A stretch of DNA of 64,000 nt, taken from the sequence record QB031382.1; one strand, written 5' to 3'. This stretch comes from a phage. The position numbers were made by a program, and so were the translations under genes. The notes below the pieces were generated by a model that was not told the DNA's origin, made no database searches, and was given only the letters and a program-made list of their open reading frames with translations. This document shows positions 56,539 through 64,000 of the stretch, one piece after another; position 1 is the stretch's first letter; each line of letters starts with the position of its first letter.

Positions 56539-57522
56539 TCAGATTATCTGAATCAGGGTGTTTTTCATCTCTTCTCGGGTACGGATGTTGTTACGATCAC
56601 GAACAACAGATCCACAACCTTCGCAGCGGTAGGTTTTAAATGCACTCAGTTGAGTATACGCCAAAGCCTCTTCCTCGTGAAGGTGTTCTCCACCACAACG
56701 TGGGCAACGAACTTTTGACTCCTCATCTTGGTAGTACAACGACATGTTGGGGTGCTGCTTAGCAAACGGACGCGCCAGCAAATACAGACCTTCCAGAGAC
56801 AAGATGTCCCCAACATTATACTCCCGCATCTGTTTAAACGCCTCAAGATCACCATGAACACACTTGATCCACATTTCAAATGTGTGGGCAATTAGTTTCT
56901 GTCTGGCCAGTTGGAAGTATTTACATGCATACTCTAACGTGTTTGCATTCAAACGGAATGCCTTTTTAATCATCTTGAGGGTGTCAACCTCTTTGTATGG
57001 GCTTGTTGGCGGCAAACCGTGAAATGCAAATCGTTGGTTGGCCCACCCACAGTCAAAACCAGAGTTGTGCGCTACTGCGATATCGCATTTATCCAGATAA
57101 TACCACAAATCTTGAATCAGTTCAAGATCGTTGTGGATATCCTCGTCCCACATTTTGTAATCAGGAAGAGCACAGTCAACCACGCTAGGACTGTCTAACC
57201 ATTTACCTGCGAAAGTTAGCATATATGGCATAATTTCAATACCGCAGGTTTGAATGTTGGTCTTATAATGCCCAAAGAACCAGCCGTTTGTTGGAGATGT
57301 CTCTGTATCATACACCCAAACTTTGGCACCTTTGTGTTCTTCAAGGAAGCGCTCCGTTGCCTCTCCTACAATCTCTGACATATTCTCTTGTGCACGTTTA
57401 AGCTGTAGTCGGATCCAGCTCTCACGTGACTCACGACCTAAAAATTCACGAGCAATTTGTCTATTAGTGTATCCCTGTTGCTTCAGTGTTAAAATTTGCT
57501 CAAGAGTTAACTTTGTCATCAT
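56539..57522 (-). CDS. DEDD-family 3'-5' exonuclease with N-terminal HTH-like and C-terminal zinc-ribbon regions
   Basis: Exo I VWVYDTETS, Exo II AHNSGFDCG, Exo III YNVGDILSLEGLY; C-terminal CPRCGG...CEGCGS. Confidence 0.65.
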   Translation of the reverse strand: MMTKLTLEQILTLKQQGYTNRQIAREFLGRESRESWIRLQLKRAQENMSEIVGEATERFLEEHKGAKVWVYDTETSPTNGWFFGHYKTNIQTCGIEIMPYMLTFAGKWLDSPSVVDCALPDYKMWDEDIHNDLELIQDLWYYLDKCDIAVAHNSGFDCGWANQRFAFHGLPPTSPYKEVDTLKMIKKAFRLNANTLEYACKYFQLARQKLIAHTFEMWIKCVHGDLEAFKQMREYNVGDILSLEGLYLLARPFAKQHPNMSLYYQDEESKVRCPRCGGEHLHEEEALAYTQLSAFKTYRCEGCGSVVRDRNNIRTREEMKNTLIQII

Positions 57523-57534
57523 CGTTAAGATTCC

Positions 57535-57756
57535 TTAGTAAAACTGAAGAATGTCTTTTAAAGCGAAGTCACGATATTCGCCCTTGTCTACATCAAATGC
57601 ATGCATCAACCACTGCTCTTCTTTATGATACTCTGTAGAGCCAAACCATAAATTGGGCTCAGTAACGCAGCGATCTGCAACAACACCTTTCCAGTTACGG
57701 TATTTCATCCTGATCAGGACTGAATCGCAAGGATTGAATACCTTTTTCATCCCCAT
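57535..57756 (-). CDS. hypothetical protein
   Basis: Tool ORF. Confidence 0.4.
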   Translation of the reverse strand: MGMKKVFNPCDSVLIRMKYRNWKGVVADRCVTEPNLWFGSTEYHKEEQWLMHAFDVDKGEYRDFALKDILQFY

Positions 57757-58300
57757 AGAAATCTCTCTCCTCAGTTTTCTTTATAAACTCCTGCATGTAG
57801 GCCTCAATAGCCTCATGCTTGGTGTACTCTGAATTAATGACAAGATCAAGATCCGATTCTGCCCGTGCAATAATCGTAGCTTTAGAGCATCTCCTCAAGA
57901 ACTTTGTCATATCGTCCCTGTAGTTTTTGTGGAGCGGGAAGTCGCTGTAGTCTTTCTCCAGATAGTCAGCCATCCGGCGCAACGCCTCTGATAAACTGCA
58001 ATCTGTGTACTCGTTACAGTATTTCATCCAGTATTTAAGCACATACCCCTCGAAGGTATTAGTGCATTGGGACAAAACACCCCTGCAACGACCAGTCAGA
58101 TGATCATGATCTAAACAAGGCTTACGAAGTGGTTCACACAAGATCGGATCAAGACCATCCTGCTCTTCTGACAATTCTTTTCGAAAGTTGGCTATGTCCT
58201 TAGAATCTTTTAGCCACCCGCTATGAACGGGGGCTTTGACAGCTTTCTTTCTTATTTTACGCTTTGCGATAATCCCTCCAGATGCGCCCTGCCTATCCAA
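57695..58300 (-). CDS. endonuclease VII-like Holliday junction resolvase
   Basis: CLDHDHLTGRCRGVLSQCTN resembles T4 endo VII HLDHDH...RGLLCNLCN; start uncertain. Confidence 0.65.
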   Translation of the reverse strand: MDRQGASGGIIAKRKIRKKAVKAPVHSGWLKDSKDIANFRKELSEEQDGLDPILCEPLRKPCLDHDHLTGRCRGVLSQCTNTFEGYVLKYWMKYCNEYTDCSLSEALRRMADYLEKDYSDFPLHKNYRDDMTKFLRRCSKATIIARAESDLDLVINSEYTKHEAIEAYMQEFIKKTEERDFYGDEKGIQSLRFSPDQDEIP

Positions 58301-58881
58301 TAAGCATCTGCGAGATCGGCCTTACCTTGTACCAAATTGATCCCATCTAGGAACCCAGGTTCAGATACTTCGCAGGCCTTAACCATCAACTTTTTATCCA
58401 TTGTAACAGGTTTCTTCACAGTATGCTCTTTACCTGTCTTTTTGTCAAGCTTTTTCTTCTCCTCGAAAGCAAGTTCCTCAGGAAGATGACTACGAGCAAA
58501 CTTTTTGGCAGTTGTTGGTGTCACTGTGTGGACCTTAAACAGGCCGTCATTTTCACAATCAGCTAAGGCATCCCAAAGCATAACTTCAAGACCGTAAAAC
58601 AACCCAGCCAGTTCACGTGTGGCATCACCGCGTGATCCAAAGGAAAGCCCTTCCATAACTACGGTGTCAACGCCGTGCGTGTGGATATAATATCTGACCT
58701 GTTTGCAGATCCAGTCAATACGCTCAGCAGCTGTTGCAAAAGAAACCGTCCCTGGTTTCTTCTCTTTTGCAGATGAGCTTTGAGTTCGTAACACAACCTT
58801 ATGAACAGGCTTTCCATCGTCCCATACAACGCAAGCTGTGTGTGTCAACGACTGGTCTATGGATAATAGACGCTCTCTCAT
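58252..58881 (-). CDS. putative RuvC-like resolvase/nuclease
   Basis: LSIDQS, VVMEGLSF and C-terminal DLADAYWIG resemble RuvC catalytic positions; weak. Confidence 0.45.
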   Translation of the reverse strand: MRERLLSIDQSLTHTACVVWDDGKPVHKVVLRTQSSSAKEKKPGTVSFATAAERIDWICKQVRYYIHTHGVDTVVMEGLSFGSRGDATRELAGLFYGLEVMLWDALADCENDGLFKVHTVTPTTAKKFARSHLPEELAFEEKKKLDKKTGKEHTVKKPVTMDKKLMVKACEVSEPGFLDGINLVQGKADLADAYWIGRAHLEGLSQSVK

Positions 58882-59213
58882 GCTTCCTCATCCCCCTCTC
58901 CTTCATCAGGAGCATAAGCCTTATCTTTGAACAAGACGAGAGAGCAAAGCTTAACATCTGTTTCCACACTGGTGAACATGCATAACCGCTCGCCCTCAAT
59001 CAGCTCACAATCCTCTTTTAAAACAGCAGACCATACACGGTCATCTGCGTAATCATCCGTGTACAGGATGTATGAAATGGTGTCATCTTCATACAACCGC
59101 CACATACCTGTGGCAACAACGAATGTGTTTTTTGTTTTAAGTGTCCCTGTTGTATGATCATCCTCAAAAACAGCTTCCATAATTGCGTTATCTACAGCAT
59201 TTTTAGTCATCAA
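58878..59213 (-). CDS. hypothetical acidic protein
   Basis: Tool ORF. Confidence 0.45.
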   Translation of the reverse strand: MMTKNAVDNAIMEAVFEDDHTTGTLKTKNTFVVATGMWRLYEDDTISYILYTDDYADDRVWSAVLKEDCELIEGERLCMFTSVETDVKLCSLVLFKDKAYAPDEGEGDEEA

Positions 59214-60349
59214 ATTGCTCCAACATTTCTAAGAACGTTAACAAGTTTTGTTTGATCATTGAATGTTCGCTTCATATACAAACAGTCAAAAATTATACTC
59301 ATCCATTGACCTACGGAAATTCTGCGATCAATACCATTGAAGTCAGTATACTTAACAACACCTTTCGGGAACCACTTCTTGTACTGATCAATAATAGCCA
59401 CCCACATCTCCTTTGGAGTGCTGCACTGAGACAGTAGGTAGAATGCTGAGGCATCCCCGAACTTACCCTTACCGATAAGTCCTTGATACGGCTTGATATT
59501 GTCAGCAGAGTCACCACACAGCATTTGGTATCCGAAGAACAGCATCCCGTAACCACCAACCTCTCCATTAGGCTTCATGAAGATGTTCCCCATACCGTTG
59601 TCGATCAGCATAGGGGTTTCCCTTACAAAATCTCCCTTATCGTTTCGCATGGGATCGAACACAAGCCCCGGTAGTGTTCTTTGGTCCTTATCAATAGAGA
59701 TAATAAACTTGTTGAACTTACCTGTTTTTTGGTAGTGGTTCCAACCTTCAAATTGCTGGATAGCTAACCAGTCGTCAGCCTCGATACCGTTGATCACTTG
59801 AGCATTATACTGCTTTTGGAGATACTGTCTTGCATCTCCAAGCAGCAGTGGTCGAAGAGTATTGTTACGGTTGGCTTTATATCTTTCCGGCATGGGAAGA
59901 TCTAGTCTGAAATTACCTGTGCCTCCAAGTACCCCCACGCACCGATCTTCCGGAATACCGAGATAATTAAGGACTGCATTAGCTTTACACTTAATTGTGT
60001 GCAAGCAGTTCTCTACAGGATCAGGGGTTTGGATATCCAAGACATCGAAATCTTCTCGTGTCCACGGAATAAACTCCTTGCCAGCCTTTTTACATGCAGC
60101 TTCACGGTTGGTATTCTCAGCTTTTAACCAACCACCAACGGTGTTCTTCTGCCTCCCCCAGAACTCTGTTCGTGTTTTAAACATCTTCTTACGTCCGGAG
60201 GCTTTGTGTGTTACCTCAATTGTCCTTTTTTCACAACTTGCTGCAGCTTGATATGCAACCTGATCGAAGTCATAATAAACTATAGCGTCAGGTTCAAGAA
60301 GATCAGCCAGACAATCTATGGACTCAATAAGTGGATATTCTCTACTCAA
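59210..60349 (-). CDS. 5'-3' exonuclease / flap endonuclease (T4 RNase H-like)
   Basis: IVYYDFDQVA, GIEADDWLA, IISIDKDQ and LCGDSADNI match FEN metal-binding motifs. Confidence 0.75.
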   Translation of the reverse strand: MSREYPLIESIDCLADLLEPDAIVYYDFDQVAYQAAASCEKRTIEVTHKASGRKKMFKTRTEFWGRQKNTVGGWLKAENTNREAACKKAGKEFIPWTREDFDVLDIQTPDPVENCLHTIKCKANAVLNYLGIPEDRCVGVLGGTGNFRLDLPMPERYKANRNNTLRPLLLGDARQYLQKQYNAQVINGIEADDWLAIQQFEGWNHYQKTGKFNKFIISIDKDQRTLPGLVFDPMRNDKGDFVRETPMLIDNGMGNIFMKPNGEVGGYGMLFFGYQMLCGDSADNIKPYQGLIGKGKFGDASAFYLLSQCSTPKEMWVAIIDQYKKWFPKGVVKYTDFNGIDRRISVGQWMSIIFDCLYMKRTFNDQTKLVNVLRNVGAI

Positions 60350-60364
60350 AGACCCTCCTGTTAG

Positions 60365-60649
60365 TTATTCTGCAAGATGGTTGGATGCTGTAATGGAATG
60401 CATCATCACTCTCTGCAATAAGTGACTCAACATCCCAATACTTTTCAAAAAGGAACGGATTAGACCCCAGTGGTGGGTTATTTTCATCAAGGAGTCTGGT
60501 ATCAGATAGCCACAGATCTTAATTACATCGCCAGGTTGAATTGTATTTTCATGAAGGTTGCTTGCCTTCTTCAGGATCATACCTTTATGATTCTCGTTTG
60601 CATACAACTGGACAATATCTTTATCTTCAACAATAAAAATTTTAAGCAT
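60365..60649 (-). CDS. hypothetical protein
   Basis: Tool ORF; C-terminal half low-complexity. Confidence 0.35.
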   Translation of the reverse strand: MLKIFIVEDKDIVQLYANENHKGMILKKASNLHENTIQPGDVIKICGYLIPDSLMKITHHWGLIRSFLKSIGMLSHLLQRVMMHSITASNHLAE

Positions 60650-60708
60650 ACCTAGTTCTCCTGGTTTATAAATATCTGACTGATAATATCAGATTAATAA
60701 CACTTTTG

Positions 60709-61005
60709 TCAAGACTTTTTAGTCTTCCTTGGAGAGCTTTTTGTTGATCTTTTCCTTTTGTGGTAGATTCCAAGTGCAGCGTTTTCTTGGGCGCACGTTT
60801 TAACAGTTCTCAGACAAGAGCTTTCAGCTTTAGGCAGGTTTAGCTCCCACCAACCAAGCCAGTAAAGTTCTGATTCAGACAACTGCTCTGATTCAGCCTT
60901 TCTATACAATGATTGCATACCTCTAATAATGTCGTCCAGAGGTGTATCGAATACAAAAGCTGTCTTATCAAATTTCTCTTTTACAGGTTTCTTAGCCACA
61001 CTCAC
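60709..61005 (-). CDS. hypothetical basic protein
   Basis: Tool ORF. Confidence 0.4.
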   Translation of the reverse strand: MSVAKKPVKEKFDKTAFVFDTPLDDIIRGMQSLYRKAESEQLSESELYWLGWWELNLPKAESSCLRTVKTCAQENAALGIYHKRKRSTKSSPRKTKKS

Positions 61006-61894
61006 CTCTCACACAATCATCCACTGACTTAATGAACTCTTGCACCCAAAGTGCCCCTATTTGCGGAACTATAGCGTTACCGAAGCCTTTGTGGCGAGAC
61101 AATCCCATTGGGGTGGATAGCCCATCAACCAACAAGGGAATGCCGGGTTCAGGAAGTTTACGCCATTTTCCGTCTCGGCATAGACACTGTCCTGTATGCT
61201 CCCACACCCGTAATACATCCTCACCTGCTCCCACAGATTCCCAGGACTTAATGACTTCCTGCCAGTTGCTAAGCGTTGTTGCTTGCGCCTCTCCATCGCC
61301 TCCTGAGATCTGCACCCTACCTGAGTTACCGTAGGGGTTAACCATGTTGCTAACTGCCCCGAAGTAAAGTCGTTCGCGGCGGTGCGGGGCGTTGAGGATT
61401 GCAGCATTAAGTATGGAAGCCCCGAAGCTGTAACCAGCGTTTTCCATTTCATCCTGCATATCGTCGAGCCATCCAGATTCAGTCGCTTTTGCAACCTGCT
61501 CTCCAAACATGAACTCAGGTCTAAGCTGTTTAACGATCCGGAGGTATGTTGGTGCGAGATGTCTTGGGTCAAATTTTCCACGTTGCTTACCTGCCTGAGA
61601 GAAAGGTTGGCAGCACGGAGATCCTGTGCATACCGACCAAGTTTCTGGAATGCCAGCAAGTTTCAAGGCCAAAGGCCATCCACCTATGCCAGCGAAGAAG
61701 TGCCACTGTGTGAAACCTTTAAGATCTTCTACAGTAACCTCTGTGATAGAACGATCATCAACCTCGCCTTGAGGAAGTAGCCCTAAAGATATTAGGTTCT
61801 TCAACCAAGCAACGGCATCTTTATCATTATCGTTATAGTATACCACACTCAACTCTCCAAATACTGATGTATCCAAGAAAAGTCTGTTTCCCAT
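60992..61894 (-). CDS. DNA cytosine-5 methyltransferase (compact)
   Basis: Motif I HFFAGIGGW, IV SPCCQPFSQAG, VI FGEQV, VIII ILNAPHRRERLY, X GNAIVPQI. Confidence 0.8.
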   Translation of the reverse strand: MGNRLFLDTSVFGELSVVYYNDNDKDAVAWLKNLISLGLLPQGEVDDRSITEVTVEDLKGFTQWHFFAGIGGWPLALKLAGIPETWSVCTGSPCCQPFSQAGKQRGKFDPRHLAPTYLRIVKQLRPEFMFGEQVAKATESGWLDDMQDEMENAGYSFGASILNAAILNAPHRRERLYFGAVSNMVNPYGNSGRVQISGGDGEAQATTLSNWQEVIKSWESVGAGEDVLRVWEHTGQCLCRDGKWRKLPEPGIPLLVDGLSTPMGLSRHKGFGNAIVPQIGALWVQEFIKSVDDCVRGECG

Positions 61895-62313
61895 TCTGGA
61901 ACCTTGCTGAGCTCACGCCACTCTGCAAAGCAGTCTCGGTAATAAGCCTCTGCCATACCTTTAGTGATCTTATTCACCTTAGCCAACTGATTAACTGCCT
62001 GAGCATACTTTCCACGGATATTTGCTAACCCAGGATGCACCGATGTGTGACAATCTGGGCACAACGCTATCAGTCCGACAAGCCGGATCACCCCCTCTTC
62101 GAAGGTGTAAAGTTCATGACACTCCACAGGGTGTTTGCTACCTTTGCCGCCGCACACCTCGCAAGTGTAGTTGGCCTCTCTGTAGCACTTCTTACGGATC
62201 TTATCCCACTCACTCTTCTTCACAGCGTTTCGGAGGTTATTATACCAAGCTGTTTCTGGGATCAGTTGCACAATAAGCCTGCGTTCAGACTTCATTAAAC
62301 GTCCGTCTTCCAC
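61849..62313 (-). CDS. hypothetical zinc-binding protein (possible HNH-like)
   Basis: CEVCGG...HPVECHE...CPDCH. Confidence 0.4.
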   Translation of the reverse strand: MEDGRLMKSERRLIVQLIPETAWYNNLRNAVKKSEWDKIRKKCYREANYTCEVCGGKGSKHPVECHELYTFEEGVIRLVGLIALCPDCHTSVHPGLANIRGKYAQAVNQLAKVNKITKGMAEAYYRDCFAEWRELSKVPEWETDFSWIHQYLES

Positions 62314-62322
62314 GTATCCTCC

Positions 62323-62529
62323 TCATTCAAAGAAATGGGTGCGAGGGCAGGAACCTGCCTCACCTTGTTTCACAAGCTCATATAGCTCACCTTGGCTTGT
62401 CTCATAAAGGCAAATACGTTTACCATTGTCCCGATATACATCTACAAGGTACGCTGTCTCACCTGCAAACACGACACCACAGACAAGGCATGCTGCCATG
62501 AACAAAATTGCCAACAGAAAATCTTTCAT
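62323..62529 (-). CDS. small secreted protein or lipoprotein
   Basis: N-terminal signal-like LLAILFMAACLVCG with possible lipobox. Confidence 0.45.
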   Translation of the reverse strand: MKDFLLAILFMAACLVCGVVFAGETAYLVDVYRDNGKRICLYETSQGELYELVKQGEAGSCPRTHFFE

Positions 62530-62592
62530 GGTTAAACCCTCCTGAACATTCTATGAGGCAACAATACCACATCCGTGTGGTTATGTCAATGA

Positions 62593-63063
62593 TTAATCCA
62601 GGACAACGCCGCCTGACTTTTTAAACACCTCGATCAACTTTTCGATCTTCTGTTCGTGCTGACCGTACCCTGCACCTGGGAGGCTTGCCCATCGGGATCT
62701 GCAAAGATGGATGGCCTGGTGAATACGACCTTCATCAATATTATCGAGCGCCTTACACTCACGGATCAGTTGCAACGCAATCTTGTCCTGACTGGTAGGG
62801 CCAAAATCTGGTAATCCTAACTGTTTCATATAGTGTTTAGCAAACTTCTCCAGAATCTGGTAACGCCCAGCAGCAGAGGAGGTAAGTTTAGCATTTAGTT
62901 TAACGTAAACACCTGGATGCTTACTGTAATCGCTAAACAGCTTGCCCCCGACTATGACATCGTAGCCCCGATCCTTGGTAGGTTGTCTACCATTATCTGT
63001 ACCTTCTGAATATGCGATCATATCCAAGAAAGCTTTTCGTTGAACATTTTTATCAAGTTTCAT
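62593..63063 (-). CDS. endolysin, lambda R-type lytic transglycosylase
   Basis: QRKAFLDMIAYSEGTDNGRQ...GYDVIVGG...AAGRYQ...WASLPGAGYGQ near-collinear with remembered lambda R. Confidence 0.9.
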   Translation of the reverse strand: MKLDKNVQRKAFLDMIAYSEGTDNGRQPTKDRGYDVIVGGKLFSDYSKHPGVYVKLNAKLTSSAAGRYQILEKFAKHYMKQLGLPDFGPTSQDKIALQLIRECKALDNIDEGRIHQAIHLCRSRWASLPGAGYGQHEQKIEKLIEVFKKSGGVVLD

Positions 63064-63187
63064 TTTTCATACTCTCCAGTTTACTCATAACTAACCAGAT
63101 CAACAACACTGCATAATGTGGTTATGTAGGTGCCAATTGAAAAACCATCATTCAATTGGCTACCGTTATCTACTAAACATCTCTACA

Positions 63188-64000
63188 TTATTCCAGCACC
63201 TCCCAAGTGTCTGGATTAACATTTCGGACGCAGATACCGACAGGGAATTGGTAGTTGTTGTCTTCTGTCCTTGCTTGATATTTGAAGGTGACAAACTTGC
63301 CGATCATTTCCTGCATCCTGTCATAGCTACGCTCCTCGTGCGTACCTTTCATCTTCATTTTAACAACAATACCTTCCTTGTCAACACAGATAAGAACACC
63401 TTCATCATTCTTATCTTTCTCAACGTCAATAACTTTCACCTCTGCGTCGTTGAACTTTTTCCATTTCAATGCTTCAGATGTTCGCTGACCATACTCATAT
63501 TTACCACAGAAGTTACGCATGATAGTACCTTCATACCCTTCGGACATGAATACACCAACAGACTCTTCGCAATGATCAACTGTGTACGCAATCTCTGCGT
63601 CAACAACCTTGATATGGTCAAGCATCAGAGTGGTAATGGTATCTTCTGCATCCATAAGATCCTTGCAGCGTCCAGACTCTGTTTCTGGATCCCACCACAC
63701 CTTGTCACTAGGGATATCAAAAATGTGATACTCTAGATCATAGCTGCAGTACCCTCCGTAACGCAAATCATCACGAACAGGCTCAACATCGACAGGAATA
63801 TCTACCTTATTGAAGTTTTTGTATGTTGATAAGCCTGCCTTAATTGCGGCATGACGGCGTTTTTTATCTGCCTCGTAGTCTTTATCGATCTCGGCCTGAA
63901 TCTCTTCCTGTGTGCGCCACCGTTTAGCAAGAGACACTATTTTCTGCAGAGGCAGGCCATGAATATAGATCTCTCCGTCGAGCTGTTTAATCCCGGTGGT
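63188..64000 (-). CDS. ATP-dependent DNA ligase, C-terminal part (gene starts beyond window end)
   Basis: Frame open to window end; IKQLDGEIYIHG, EGYEGTIMRN, ALKWKKF and FPVGICVRNV match ligase motifs III-VI. Confidence 0.75.
   Translation of the reverse strand, partial: TTGIKQLDGEIYIHGLPLQKIVSLAKRWRTQEEIQAEIDKDYEADKKRRHAAIKAGLSTYKNFNKVDIPVDVEPVRDDLRYGGYCSYDLEYHIFDIPSDKVWWDPETESGRCKDLMDAEDTITTLMLDHIKVVDAEIAYTVDHCEESVGVFMSEGYEGTIMRNFCGKYEYGQRTSEALKWKKFNDAEVKVIDVEKDKNDEGVLICVDKEGIVVKMKMKGTHEERSYDRMQEMIGKFVTFKYQARTEDNNYQFPVGICVRNVNPDTWEVLE

Noticed and set aside
1-64000. tRNA genes, integrase or attachment sites, toxin-antitoxin pairs or known defence systems
   Set aside because: No cloverleaf-like conserved tRNA sequences seen by eye in intergenic regions and no integrase, recombinase or reverse transcriptase motifs in any ORF; an automated tRNA scan was not possible

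Overview
This 64-kb window looks like part of a virulent tailed dsDNA phage genome; no integrase, host genes, tRNAs or CRISPR were recognised. It consists of two convergently transcribed blocks separated by a 2.3-kb repeat-rich non-coding region (about 26980-29480). The plus-strand block (1-27 kb) encodes a helicase fragment, two DNA methyltransferase homologues, a primase-helicase, a family A DNA polymerase interrupted by an ORF-less group I intron, an SSB and a macro-domain protein. It continues as an early-type region of about 40 small genes, many behind sigma70-like promoters. The minus-strand block (64 to 29.4 kb) encodes a ligase fragment, a lambda R-type endolysin, recombination and repair nucleases, three more methyltransferases, a nucleotide-metabolism cluster (dNMP kinase-like, HAD phosphatase, ThyX-like, NrdA, NrdB, glutaredoxin, NrdG and an NrdD gene split by an HNH-carrying intron), PhoH, a ClpP-like protease, a ribosome hibernation factor homologue and about 35 small proteins in paralogous families. 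The most notable findings are the two related group I introns, the phage-borne HPF homologue, five methyltransferase homologues, and several repeat systems that the coding features do not explain. All calls rest on reading the sequence and remembered family motifs; no database search was run. Hand-derived coordinates (introns, small ORFs, promoters, hairpins) may be off by 1-2 nt.
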